From: Eledone cirrhosa
Lineage: Eukaryota
Direction: 5' to 3'
DNA length: 64,000 bases
Assembly: GCA_964016885.1 (NCBI GenBank)
Contig: OZ024740.1
Location: 298,034,001 to 298,098,000 of the forward strand
In this document: piece after piece, positions 1 through 12,632 of the stretch
Numbering within the stretch: position 1 is the first letter of the stretch
How the letters are laid out: each line of letters opens with the position of its first letter
Notes under the pieces: generated by a model
The model's database searches: none
What the model was told of the DNA's origin: nothing
Seen by the model: only the letters and a program-made list of their open reading frames with translations
Translations under genes and position numbers: made by a program

Positions 1-117
1 TTATTACTAATTTTTACTTATTCCGAATTAAACTATTTTTCACTGGGAACAATTTGTCAGCATTTTGTTTTCCTTTTACCAATATATCACAACTCGTGTG
101 TTACACCTCTATTCTTT

Positions 118-170
<53 letters not shown>

Positions 171-172
<2 letters not shown>

Positions 173-485
173 CGAAGGAAATGTGGTAAGGAACCAGATG
201 GACCATAACGCACCAAAGTACTCAATACTTAGGGTAGTAGAGTGGGTAATAGGAACGAGTAGGACCCCGACGGCTGAGCTCAAGCCGTTTCGACGGCTAA
301 TTCCGGATTGAAAATTCCGGGCACAAAAGAAGGGGACAAATACAAAGGGGGAAGTTTACATACAATAAAAACGTGTAAAATATTATCACAAATGCAATTT
401 AAAAATTAGTCGATTTTCCCCAATAGTCCGGAATTAGCCGTCGAAACGGCTTGAGCTCAGCCGCCGGGGTCCTACTCGTTCCTAT
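171..485. mobile_element. Family A PLE-type terminus, asymmetric inverted pair (long arm 171-309 minus, short arm 425-485 plus)
   Basis: GAGCTCAAGCCGTTTCGACGGCTAATTCCGGA and its reverse complement, flanked by (TA)n; the same unit recurs at least 8 times in the window. Confidence 0.85.
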
Positions 486-504
486 ATATATATATAAATG
501 AAAA

Positions 505-1677
505 TGAGCTCAAGCCGTTTCGACGGCTAATTCTGGACTAAAGGAAAATTTTTATCCTGGTATATGAATAGCCGAGCTTCTCAGGGGGTAATTCCATATA
601 TGGTAAAAGTGATTGTCACAAGGATTGGTCAAAAGTTTGTTGTTGAGACACATAATTCTATCATGGCAATTTGTGGAAGGAAGGGGTAGCTGAACCTGCC
701 AGTAGAAGAAAGAGGGAGAGGGAGTGGAGGAAACCCAGACGTGCGTTGATAGTGCCAACTACAGCAGGGCAGGAGGTCAAGCAAGTATACTAGGGAGGGG
801 GGGGGAGGAAGTCGAAACAATAAGTAAATCAATATGGAGTAAATATATAGAAGAATACCAAGAATGTTAAAAATATAAAATTTCTGGTTACTATTCCCTA
901 ACGACAGTCATCAAGTCTCTCACTGGTACTGCTAAACTATAGAAAAGTTTACTAGGTGGGACGGAATTGTAATGAGACCATTTTAAGAGTTAGTAGTAAT
1001 CAACCGAGTATATCTTACGGTGACAGGTCAACAAGTGGGGGGCCAAAATACTAAAGAAACTACCACGAAATAATAATTCAGAGTCCCGAAACTAATACGA
1101 AATAAATGTTTCTACCCTAGGCACAAGGCCAGCAACCACCCAGTGCAAAAAATAAACTAATACGAAATAATAATTCAGAATCCCGAAAATGAATACTAAT
1201 ACTATCTCTAAGGGTGCCGCTATATTGTTACTCCATATTGATTTACTTATTGTTTCGACTTCCTCCCCTTCCCCCTCCCTAGTATACTTGCTTGACCTCC
1301 TGCCCTGCTGTAGTTGGCACTATCAACGCACGACTGGGTTTCCTCCACTCCCTCTCCCTCTCCCTCTTTCTTCTACTGGCAGGTTCAGCTACCCCTTCCT
1401 TCCACAAATTGCCATGGTAGAATTATGTGTCTCAACAACAAACTTTTGACCAATCCTTGTGACAATCACTTTTACCATATATGGAATTACCCCCTGAGAA
1501 GCTCGGCTATTCATATACCAGGATAAAAATTTTCATTTAGTCCAGAATTAGCCGTCGAAACGGCTTGAGCTCAGCCGTCAGGGTCCTACTTGTTCCTATT
1601 ACCCACTCTACTACCCTAAGTATTGAGTACTTTGGTGCTTTATGCTCCACCTGGTTCCTTACCACATTTCCTTCGTT
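505..1677. mobile_element. Family A element, long inverted pair (505-842 minus; 1228-1677 plus, with complete HHR region and long tail)
   Basis: ~340-bp near-perfect inverted repeat, also visible as duplicated translations in the ORF track. Confidence 0.88.
1489..1584 (+). ncRNA. Family A variant hammerhead (CTGAGAA core, large helix II, GUC site)
   Basis: acccc-CTGAGAA-gct cggcta..tagccg tc-GAAA-cggct tgagctc agccg-TC-agggt (ggggt in most copies). Confidence 0.6.
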
Positions 1678-1916
1678 ATATATATATATTTTATATATAT
1701 ATATATATTTTCAATCACATATATTTTTATTTGTTTGACCCGAATTGCTTGATCGTTTTTTTTTTTACTGTGCGGATGATTAGTTTAACCACCATCTCAG
1801 TGTGTTTGGCCTTTAATGTATGTTGTAGCTCTAATTCATATGAATTATCGAGCACTTGCCACAACTCGGAAGTGTTTTTCGTTAATTCCTGAGCTGAAAT
1901 TCGATTCTCGCTAATT

Positions 1917-2002
<86 letters not shown>

Positions 2003-2849
2003 TGTGTGTATGTATGTATATATATATAAATATGTGTGTGTATATATGTATGTATGTATATATAGCAATAAATGTGAAGACTAAAATCCGAGAGGGATCG
2101 ATAAGGATTATATATACTAGCAGAAAAATCACCCTTCGGGTGGTTTTCTGTTAGCATGTGTAGTGTGCATATATATATTATATGCAAATATACATGCATG
2201 TAGATGTGATATATCAAATAAAATCGTAATTGACTATATGCACAGAAATTGAAGTAAAGTAATCCATGATACATTTCTGTAAATAAAGTAATCGTGATAC
2301 ATTTTAAAAAGACGATATTATATATAAACTGCATTACGGTGAAATGTAATGCAACCTTATATAACGATGCAAATATATGGATGTTTATATAAACGATGTA
2401 ATAAGTGTTCTGATATAAACAAACGCTAACCAGAAGTGTAGATTTTGAAAATTTTAAAAGAAGTGAATCTTAAAATAAGTAATCATTATATATAAGAATA
2501 TTTATGTTTAATCAACAGCTACGAAATTTAGTAATATTCATTCATTATTTATTCAAAGTAATCTAACTTATTTAACTAACGGGATAAAATTTCTTTAAGG
2601 GTACGCGGGTATGTGGAATGTTTGGCCACTTACTTTCGTAGGCAGGCAGATTCGTTGATTGTATCACAAGAACACTAATTATCGAAACCAACGAAAGTCC
2701 ATTCTATTTACTTCCATAAACGTGTCTACATGTATGAATATGCATAGATGTAAAGAAGACCGTTTACTCCCCAGTCTACTCACCATCAATAACTACCCTA
2801 AACATATATACACGAACATTACACATATATACACTAGATGACAACTACA

Positions 2850-2978
2850 ATCTTCCCATATAAGGAAGTACCCTTGACAAGTTCGGCTATTTATTTACCA
2901 GGCTAAAAATTCTTATTTAGTCCAGAAATAGCCGTCGAAACGGCTTGAGCTCTGCCGTCGGGGTCATACTTTTTCCTA
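2850..2978 (+). mobile_element. Family A diverged copy with complete HHR region and short-type end
   Basis: Homologous to 1470-1598; ends ...TTTTCCTATATA. Confidence 0.8.
2863..2976 (+). ncRNA. Family A variant hammerhead (TTGACAA core, possible U3-A8 compensatory pair, GUC site)
   Basis: aagta-ccc-TTGACAA-gtt cggctattt..aaatagccg tc-GAAA-cggc ttgagctct gccg-TC-ggg gtca tactt. Confidence 0.6.
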
Positions 2979-3086
2979 TATATATATATACACACACACA
3001 CAAACAAGCAAGTAGGACCGTCAAACACACATCCGAACGCAGACACACCTAGAACAAACGCAAAGCAATCATCGAATGCCCTGTGT

Positions 3087-3406
3087 CAGTGATTCCCAAC
3101 GTGAAGCGCATGCCCCACGGTGGAGCAATTTTAATATTCAAGGAGGGCAATTTGAAAATGATGTTAATGAGAGCAAACTTCAGATTTTACCTCATTACTT
3201 TTACACCAAGGCAACTTTGGAACAAATTACTGTCGGAAACTCCTGTCTCACCTCCGCCACATATGTTATTATGCATCTGGCATCACTCATACGCCAATTT
3301 GTTTACACTTTGTAGTTGATCATCGCTGCTTTCATATCAAAGTGGGGCATATAAATGTTTGAAATGTTGAGGTGGGGCATGGGGCACAAAAGGTTCGGAA
3401 CCACTG
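3087..3406. mobile_element. hAT (Charlie-like) MITE
   Basis: CAGTGATTCCCAAC / GTTCGGAACCACTG termini; partly matching TSD CCCTGTGT / CCCTATAC. Confidence 0.6.
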
Positions 3407-5109
3407 CCCTATACGTTAATAATACACTCAGAAAACAAAGCCAACAATAAACAAAACATCTCGTGGATAAGACCATTGAATTCCAAACTCGTAAGTAATA
3501 CACTATAAAAAAAAAGTCAATCATGAACAAAATGTCTATATTAGAACTAAAACATTCCCCCATAATCCTTACCTCATACATCATCCATATTTCCAAAACC
3601 CTAAGTAGGTGTTTTGGGGAGGCAAGTAAGAAGGCTTAGTTTCGATCAAAGGCCCATAGAAATGAGAGGCACGTATGAAGGCTTAGTTTAGAGAAAGGAA
3701 CTGCATCCACCTAAGGCCCTTAGAAATAGGTGGGATTAATGCTAATAATGTTCTTCTTGAACAACTGCAAGTCGATGACTACAGGAAAAGCCTGAGCAGT
3801 GAGAGGATGATTAGACATAGTGGTTAACGCAAGGCCTTGGATGAGGGGGCACAATACGGATAGCAAAAGTACAAAAGACTAGTAAATCAGGTGGATTTTG
3901 ATGGAAGTAGCACAACCCCAGCCAGCGCCCATAAGCAAAGACCACAATAATAATGATTTCTTTATTTATTAATTAATTAATTTATTTATTAGAAGAAAAT
4001 ATTGATTTCTAATTTAGAAACAAGGCCAACAACAGACCTGCCAACCTCTAAAAACCCAAACGAGGGGTACCATGAAAAAAGGTGCCCCAAAACGGGGAGA
4101 AATGAGATTTTACATACTTGTTTCTACGTTAGGCACAAGGCCAGCAATTACCCAGTACATTACTGGTACTTTATTTTATGGACCCCGTAAGGATGAAAGG
4201 CAAAGTTAACCTCGGCGGGATTTGAACTCAGACTGTAAAGCGACGTAACTATGCTAGAAAGCATGAAAGCTTTACCCATTTTCACAAGAGAAGACATCTC
4301 TCACCCACCCCGAAGTGGATGGGAGATCTCCCCGTCAGGCATATTTATAAATAAAATAATAGTTTTATTTATTGGCCACAAGGGCCACACACACACATAC
4401 ACACAAATGAAAGTGCTCTACCATTTCGCCATCCATCTCTCTCCGATATTGTGACAAAGATACGAGAGAGTATCTCAGTGAGAGAGAGAAAGTAAAAGCG
4501 TAATAAATGCCTATAAGAGAGCATAGAGGGAGTGAGAAAAGGTGGATGAGAGAGAGCAAAGAATTGTTAGAGAAAAAGGAAAGGTACAAAAATAAAAGTG
4601 AGTAAAAAAGGAAATATACGAGAGAGGAAAGGAAATGTGTGTGGAAAAACGAGAGAGCGATGAAAAGCGGAAATGATAAAAAAAGAAAAATTTAGAAAAT
4701 TTTAGAATTAAAAAAAAAAAAAAAAGTCTGAATGGATGCATGTAAGAAAATTTGAGCATAAGAATGAGAGAGAGGGGGCGAAATAGAACAGGAGGAACAA
4801 AGAAGGGTGAGGAGGAGATATAAGAGAATAAGAATGAAAGAGAGGAGGAAAGGAAAAGCGACAGTAATTGAAAAAAATGTGATAGAGTAACAGTGAGAAA
4901 GACACAGCGGAGGAAAGAGAAGAGAGTGTGTATGTGTGTTCGTGTGTGTGTGTGTAAGAGGGAGAGAGAGAAAGAAAGATTAGCATGAGAGTAACGAGCT
5001 GAAGGAAGCGATATATATAAAAATAGAGAGATGATAAAAGAGAGGAAGATAAAAAAAAGTATAATCAAATAATCAAATAACAAAAACGAACGAGAGAGAA
5101 AGAATATGC

Positions 5110-5367
<258 letters not shown>

Positions 5368-5604
5368 GGTGGAAAACGGGAGAGAAAGGCGAAGAGCAGA
5401 GCGATCCATAGATAAAACAGAAGAAAAAGAGTAAAAGAAACAAAGGATGAGAAACAATGGTTACAGAAATGACAACGAAAACAAAGCAAAGAAAAATTAG
5501 AGAAAAACACAAAGATAGAGAAGATCTAGTAAAGTGGTAAAGAGAGAAAGAGAGAAAGCGTGCTTGTTGTTAGAGGCGATAAAGTCATCCCCCCTCCTCT
5601 TCCC

Positions 5605-5790
5605 CGCTGCAGACGTCGGCCGCCATTGGTTGATTAGTGTGATTGGCGCCAGGTGTCATCTGATGGCAGCACCAATCAACACTCGTCGTCCGCCACAGCT
5701 TCGTTAACATCCAGCTAACTGGTGTCGCTGTTGTACGTATGTAACTTTACCAACAGCTGATACATGAAATCTGCTGTTTCCAGGCTGTTT
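5605..5790. promoter_or_regulatory. Candidate cis-regulatory island
   Basis: Unique CpG-rich 190 bp with GCCGCCATT (YY1-like), three CCAAT/ATTGG, and E-boxes CAGGTG, CATCTG, CAGCTG, set between low-complexity tracts. Confidence 0.35.
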
Positions 5791-7065
5791 CTCAACTGCA
5801 GCTCTTCGTTTCTTTTTTTTTTATTCTTTGTCTTGTCTTTCCTCTTTTCTTTTCCTGTTCTTTTCTTCTACTCGTTACGTTACACTTATTTTCTTTTTTC
5901 CTCTCTCTTTTTCACCTCTCTTGCTCATTTTTCTTCCCCCTCACTTTCCTTTTCTTTTCCCACTCTATTTACTTTTATCCTCCGTCTCTTTCCTTTTTCT
6001 ACTTTTTCTACCGCTCTCTTTCCTTTTTCTTTTCCCTCTCTCTCTACTTTTTCTTCTCTTTCCTTTTTCTTTTTCCTCTCTCTGCTTTTTCTCTTCCTTC
6101 TTTTTCCTTTTTCTTTTTTCTTTCTTTCCTTTTTCTCCTCTCTCTCGCCTTTTTCTTTTTCCTCTCTCTCTCGCCTTTTTCTTTTTCCTCTCTCTAATTC
6201 TCCTCCCTCTCTTACCTTTTTGTTTTTCTTCTCTTTCCTTTTTCTTTTTCTTCTCTCTTTACTTTTTCCCTTCCTTCTCTTTCTTTTTTTTCCTCTCTCT
6301 AATTTTTCTCTCTGCACTCTCTCTCTTCATTTTTACTTTGCCCTCTCTCTTTCTGTTTTAGAGTTTCTTTCTCTCCAGCTGTCTATCTTTCTTGAACTTT
6401 GTTACATTTTCTTTCCTTTCTCTATTTCTCTCTTCTGAAGTTTCTCTTTTTCTTCTTAATATTTCTATTTCTCTCTAACTCTCCGTATTTCTCCATCTCT
6501 CTCAAACTATGTATCTATCTATATCTTTCAAAACCTCTTTCTTCCTCTCTCACTCTTATTCTTAATCTGAATTTCTCTATATATTAATTCTCACTCTTAC
6601 TCATTCTCTCTTACACCTTCTCTCTTTCTCTCTCTCTTTTACCTCACTCGTTCTATTTTTCTCTCCAATCCTTCTATCTCTATTCCCATCACTATGATTG
6701 TCTGTCTATTTTCTCACTCTCACCCTTTCTCGCAACTATTTACCTCTCTCTCTAACTCTCTCTCTCTCTCGCTCTATTTCTTTCTATGCTATCGTTCCTC
6801 CTCTCTCCATCTATCAATCTATGTAAATGTGTCGTTGATTGTTTCATATCTTCTGTCTGCCTCTCAGCCAAACACTGGTGCGTGGTTCAAATCGGATCCC
6901 TCTTCGTAAACCCGTACTCTTCGTAATGATTAGTGCATCAGTGTTTATTTTAACGTGCAGTTAACCCCTACATGCGCAGTTCTAAATCTAATTTTGTGCA
7001 GTGAATTTACATATTGTGCCAAATACTACGTATGCTTGCATGGTATCATCCCTTAAGTTTGCATG

Positions 7066-7111
<46 letters not shown>

Positions 7112-7113
<2 letters not shown>

Positions 7114-7474
7114 AGAAAACGAAAAATCAGTGATGCATCTGGACTTAGTTTATTTCGTGTTACAAATGTTTCGCCGGCATGTAGCTCGAGTCATGGTCCT
7201 TGTATGGATCTGGCTGATTCTACTTCTGCGGGTTCTTTCAGACACGGGTGTTATGTCCGGAGCCCGTGTCTGAAAGAACCCGCAGAAGTAGAATCAGCCA
7301 GATCCATACAAGGACCATGACTCGAGCTACATGCCGGCGAAACATTTGTAACACGAAATAAAAGATGCATCACTGATTTTTCGTTTTCTTGATAATATCT
7401 ACACTCTACTCTGATGAATATCGAGTGCTAATTTTGACATACCGCCTACGGAAGCACCATAGCTACCACTATAC

Positions 7475-7479
<5 letters not shown>
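7112..7479. mobile_element. PLE-type inverted pair, family C (arms 7112-7248 / 7263-7390, long tail to 7479)
   Basis: Near-perfect inverted repeat containing HHR-like folds, (TA)n flanks, asymmetric tail. Confidence 0.8.
7265..7355 (+). ncRNA. Variant hammerhead (CTGAAAGA core, 61-nt helix II); mirror copy at 7156-7246 minus
   Basis: cgtgt-CTGAAAGA-61 nt nested hairpin-GAAA-c attt g-TA-acacg, then AATAAA. Confidence 0.62.
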
Positions 7480-7568
<89 letters not shown>

Positions 7569-7571
<3 letters not shown>

Positions 7572-7897
7572 GAGGTTATATTTAATTTGTTGGGACCCAA
7601 CAAGCTCAAAAACTTTTTATAACTGATATAAAGCACTCAACAAAATAGGGGAGTAAATATACAATATATTAATAAATGGAAAATATATTTATAAAACGAT
7701 AATTATTTTATTATATAACTATCCAGCGAATTTCAACCGTTGAGGTTGTCTTTTTTCCGGGTATGTCAATATTTATTTATAAAACAAATCTGTATTTTAT
7801 CTGATGAAAGCGCACAATAATTTACCTTGGTCGCCCTTGAAATATCTATAATAAAATAATTATGGTTTTATAAATATAGTTTCCATTTATTAATATA

Positions 7898-7899
<2 letters not shown>
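7569..7899. mobile_element. PLE-type inverted pair, family E
   Basis: Long tail 7569-7716 minus; HHR arm ending at 7899 plus; (TA)n flanks. Confidence 0.7.
7793..7858 (+). ncRNA. Type I hammerhead ribozyme (AUA site)
   Basis: tattttat-CTGATGA-aag..(31 nt total)..ctt-GAAA-tatcta-TA-ataaaata; the downstream 7847-7899 is inverted at 7663-7716. Confidence 0.72.
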
Positions 7900-7984
<85 letters not shown>

Positions 7985-7986
<2 letters not shown>

Positions 7987-8860
7987 AAGGCGGGTAAAAT
8001 TCCCGAGATCCATGGACGAGTTCTCTCCAGCAGTATCTGTCCCTCATTATCGCTGCCATGTCCTGCGTCTCCAATAGACCAGTGTCTGTCCTTAGGTCAT
8101 CAACATACGTTAACCTTGGTCTTCCTCTTATAGTGTGTCCATGTAGGGGCTCCCAAAGGAGCACTGAGTGCAATGTCAACTCCGGATGTCGGTGAGCATG
8201 TCCAGCTAACCTCAGTCTCCTCTGTGTCACTTTTGAGCTGACTTTTGGGATGCTCCCATACAGCTCTGAGTTTTTCATCCTCAGTGTATACTGATTAATG
8301 TTCAGAGCCATCCTCAGCATTCTCGTGTAGCATCCATCCACCATCTGAGTGAGTTTCTTGGTCAGTGTCCAAGTCTCAGACCCATACAGCAGCACAGACT
8401 CCACTACAGCAATGAAGAGGCGGATTTTCAGGTCTCTACGAAGGTCCGACTTCCACACCGATCTCAAGCTGTGGCACGCCGCCCAGGCCTTGCTCTTCCT
8501 CTCAACCACATCATGTTCCGTATTCCCAATCTTTGCTCCCAAATACAGGAAGCCCTCAACCATTTCTAGCGGCTTCCCGCCTACATTAGTGATCCCCTCT
8601 GGCTTCTCAACATTCTCTACCAGATATTTTGTTTTAGTCTCATTCATTCTCAGCCCCACACTCATCGACACAGTCTCAACCTCCCGCATCAAATCCTCTG
8701 CCTCCTTCACTGTATTTGTCACCAAAACTATGTCGTCGGCAAATTCAGCATCCGATACCTTTTTCGCCCTAACTCTCCTGCTCTGAGCCGGTGCTACAGT
8801 AAAACCAGAGTCCTGGTGTTTCTCCAGTGCAAGGCGCATACAATAGTCCACTACGATGAT
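7985..8860 (-). mobile_element. Young 5'-truncated RTE-clade LINE (RT C-terminus, intact frame)
   Basis: EFADDIVL, GLRMNETKTK, FLYLGA, KIRLF..VESVLLYGSETWTL, RRLRLAGH, GRPRLTY; the stop runs directly into (TA)n. Confidence 0.92.
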
Positions 8861-8926
8861 AATAATATATATATATACGTTGTATATATATATATATATA
8901 TATACGTTGTATATATATATATATAT

Positions 8927-8969
8927 ACGTTGCTGACGATAGCTAATAAGCTTGAAACTAGTACAGCGT
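8927..8969 (+). ncRNA. Minimal type I hammerhead ribozyme (GUA site)
   Basis: acgttg-CTGACGA-t agct aata agct t-GAAA-c ta g-TA-cagcgt: 6-bp helix I, 4-bp helix II, palindromic ACTAGT helix III. Confidence 0.85.
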
Positions 8970-10115
8970 TCCTTTGTCAGTGTTGAACAAACGAGCAACG
9001 GTGGTTGCTAGACACTGTACGGCTTAATACGGGATGTTTGTTTACAAACACACCGAGCATTATAATAAATGTTCGGTGAATCCATACGTACATATATATA
9101 TGTGTGCATGTATGTATATATATATATATACATACTACTGTACGTCTGTATACATATATGTATGTACGTATACATACTTATATTTAAGTAACAGCCGTAC
9201 TAAGAGTGGGAAATGAAATTTCGTTTCCTTTTTTCCGTATATATATATATATATATTTATTAAAATAACAGATTAAGGTTTAAGCAAAGAATCTCTGCTT
9301 TCACCCATATATATATATATACACACGCACACAAACTCACATACTCCATCAGTATGTATGAGTGTATATATGTATTGTTATTGCAGAAGTGCTTAACATA
9401 CGTAATCACTCCCTTAAGTGTGTGTGTGTGTACGTGTATGTGTGTTTGTGTGTACGTGTGTGTGTAAATGTAACAATAGTAGTATCGATGAACCAAAGGA
9501 TATACGTTACATGGTAATAGCAGTGTATTTTGTGTATGTGCTTATATGTGTGACGTCCGAACAAGTATCCTCCAGCTCCAACTATCTTACCCACCGCCTC
9601 TGGGTCCCGGCCGACAGGATGGAGAATATATTGCCCTGGAAGACGGCAAGGGAAATGCACTAGAACAACCACTCCACATCGTGGGGCTTGCGAGCAGCCA
9701 ACTCCACTCCGATAGCAGTGAGTAGGGATGAGGTCCGGGAAATAAGGAGGGGGGGGGGGGAGAACGCCGGACGTCTCCATTGTTACAGGCCTTACCACAA
9801 ACCTATCAGAAAGCGGCCGATACTCGGACATTTGCCCTCCTCGGCCTGGCGGGCAGCAAAACCTGGGCTGGTTGTTCAGTCACCTAAAAGTAGCAGTCTC
9901 ATCTTTACATAAAAAAATTATTTTAAAAAGAACACATTGAATCTTGTAGTTTTCAGGGGGTTTTTTACTGAAATTTTAGAACTGCACACATTTTTGAGAT
10001 AGGTGACATGACCCAGTGGTCTGATAATCTTTTAGTCTGAGGAGTATTTGTAATGACTAATCTTTAACATTTTATGAGTATTCGAGGTCTTTTAATTATC
10101 ATTTATCATGTAAAG

Positions 10116-10280
10116 CAGTCATGTCAAACTTAGAGTCCCCCGAGGACCACATGGGTCACATATATGTTGTCTGAGGGCCACACACGACAACCATTTGTGT
10201 ACATTAAAACTAATTTTACGAAGATAAAACATGCTCGCGCTGTAAAAACATTTGTGCGGGCCACATGTTTGACAGGCCTG
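10116..10280. mobile_element. hAT-type MITE, same family as 50130
   Basis: CAGTCATGTCAAAC / GTTTGACAGGCCTG; internal homology to 50130-50324. Confidence 0.75.
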
Positions 10281-10480
10281 TCGTAGTATTTGACCCCAAA
10301 ATTTTAACTTACTGGACAAAATTAAATTTAGAGCTGAACAAGCAGAGGTCACAAATAGTTTTAGATATACTAGTCAGGCGTTTCTAAACATTTTTCTGTG
10401 TCCACCCCCAACCCAACAGTTCACTATCTTTATTTAACCACACAAGATAAGAAAATGCACGATATAATGCATAACATTAA

Positions 10481-10722
10481 CCCTTTAACATTTACAATAC
10501 TCTATATAACTTTGATAACTTTGATAGGTTTCGGCCAGTATTGACCCAGGTCATGTCTAACTTAATATATATACTATTATATTTTCACAATAAACACTTT
10601 ATGATAATATTTATTTTGAAAACAATACCTTAACATCAGTATGAGCAGCTGGTTATAGCCGGTTTGAACAGAAAGAGATGAGAGGATTCTGGCCGGATAT
10701 GGCCGGTTTAAATGCTAAAGGG
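10481..10722. mobile_element. piggyBac-type MITE
   Basis: TTAA-CCCTTTAACATTTA...TAAATGCTAAAGGG-TTAG. Confidence 0.7.
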
Positions 10723-10934
10723 TTAGCAGCGTTATATCAATTTACCATTGCCATGAAGGTACATGCTGCTCCAGTGATTATTTTAATGTGCAGTTGACCT
10801 CTGCTTATGCGGTTCTAAATCTAATTTAAACTTAAAACACCCATAAGATGTTAAAAATTAGTCATTACAAATGTTTCTCAGAAAGTATCAAACACTTTTT
10901 TTTTTAATTCTGGCTGTCTGTCAGTGTGAATTAT

Positions 10935-12160
10935 TTCTTCTTCTTCTTCTTTTTCTTCTTCTTCTTCTTCTTCTTCTTCTTCTTCTTCTTCTTCTTCTTC
11001 TTCTCCATATGCCCGTAGTATTGGAGCTGTGATCTCTTAATTCGGAGAAGTAGCGGCTCTACCCGGAGTAACTATCTGATCTATGAGCTACGCACTCTAA
11101 CGAGTAACGTTACTCTAAAAACCATTCGGAGGAACCCCATTTCGGCTGCTTATCTTCGGGATCGCATTCTTTCGGTCATTACCCAAGATTAATGACTATA
11201 TATAAGGTTTGGCACGCATACCGAATTGAAGATAGCGAGTTTGGCTTTTACACCTACCCTCTTCTTCTGATTAACGAATGCTGAAAGCTGCTGCATTACT
11301 GCCACAACTCCTGCAATGTTTGACTTAATTCAGCATCCTGCCGTCCATCACTCTTGAACACGGCCCCGAGATACTTGAACTTCTCTACCTGATTCAGTGG
11401 AACTTCATTTACATATAGAGTGCACTGCGCAGGCTTCCTTGAGAGGACGAGTGCCTCAGTCATTGCAACACTGATTTTCATTCCAGCCATGCAGCACTCG
11501 GTATCAGACCTGTCAAGTGCAAGTTGGAGATCAACTTCTGGTGAGTTAAGTAAGACCATGTCGTCTGATTTTACATCCGCCAGTCGTGATGCCACTTCCA
11601 ACCCGGCTGCGTATGTTAATCCTGTTCATGTAAAGAATGAACGGGAAAGGTGACAGTACGCACTCTTGGAAGAGTCCGACTCCCACGTTGAATGGTTTTG
11701 ATTTATTTGTAATGACTAATTACAATTATTCGAACACAAATACTCGGGCATTCGTATCGAGACATCAGGGGAGCAAGAAGCTTACCATCGATCCCATACT
11801 CCTGCATAACCTTCCACAGTAGGTCCCGAAGAACGCGGTCATATGCCTTTTTGAGGTCTACCTACAAAACAAGAATATACCTCTTGGCAATACACCCACG
11901 GTTACTTAAGAACCTGCCGCAGTGTGAATGTTTGATCAGCTGTGCTGCGTCCGGGGCAAAAACCGCACTGTTCATCAATTAGCTTGGACTCGACAATCTC
12001 CCTGCATTTCTTTGCCAGACACTTAGCATAGCCTTTACCGGAGAGGCTTAATAAGGAGATCCCTCTGTAATTGAAACAATCTCTCTTGCCTCCCTTTATG
12101 AAAATTGGGATCATCAGTCTCGATTGCTTACGTGCCTTTCCAGAGATCCAGGCCACCAAA
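10935..12160 (-). mobile_element. Degenerate RTE-clade LINE with (AAG)n tail
   Basis: NYRGISLLSLSGK, EQCGFCPGRSTADQTFTLRQ, SDDMVLL, QVEKFKYLG; (TTC)n at 10935-11004. Confidence 0.85.
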
Positions 12161-12632
12161 AGATTTGTGCAGCTATAAATTTTCCTTAATTTTTACTCTG
12201 GGAAAAAAAGTTACTGAAAATCTGATTTAATGAAATTTTAAAATATTTTCTTTAAAATATTGTGGGTGCGCGTGACCGAGATGTAAGGGTGATGGACTTA
12301 CGATCATAATGTCGTGGGTGCGATTCCTGGGCTGGGTTGTGAGTTGTGTTCTTGAGCAAAACACTTCATTTCACGTTGCTCCAGTATACTCAGTTGAAAA
12401 AGAGTACCAGCAGCAATAGCTGGAGGTTTAACCCTACGATGAACTGGTGTCCTGTCCAGGGGGAAGTCTTTTACTCTCAGTTGCTTCAGGACCCGAAATC
12501 GCGATAAACACCAGCCTGGTGAGACAGACTTTTGATTTAAAATATTGAATTAAACGTGATGTCTGTCACATACGTGAAATACTAAATAAATTGTGTTGTT
12601 AATGTATTCGAAGTCACGTTCTTTCAATTAAT

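Noticed and set aside
8861-8998. N-terminal part of the 337-aa ORF 7985-8998
   Set aside because: It is read-through across (TA)n and the antisense of the ribozyme; LINE homology starts near 8860.
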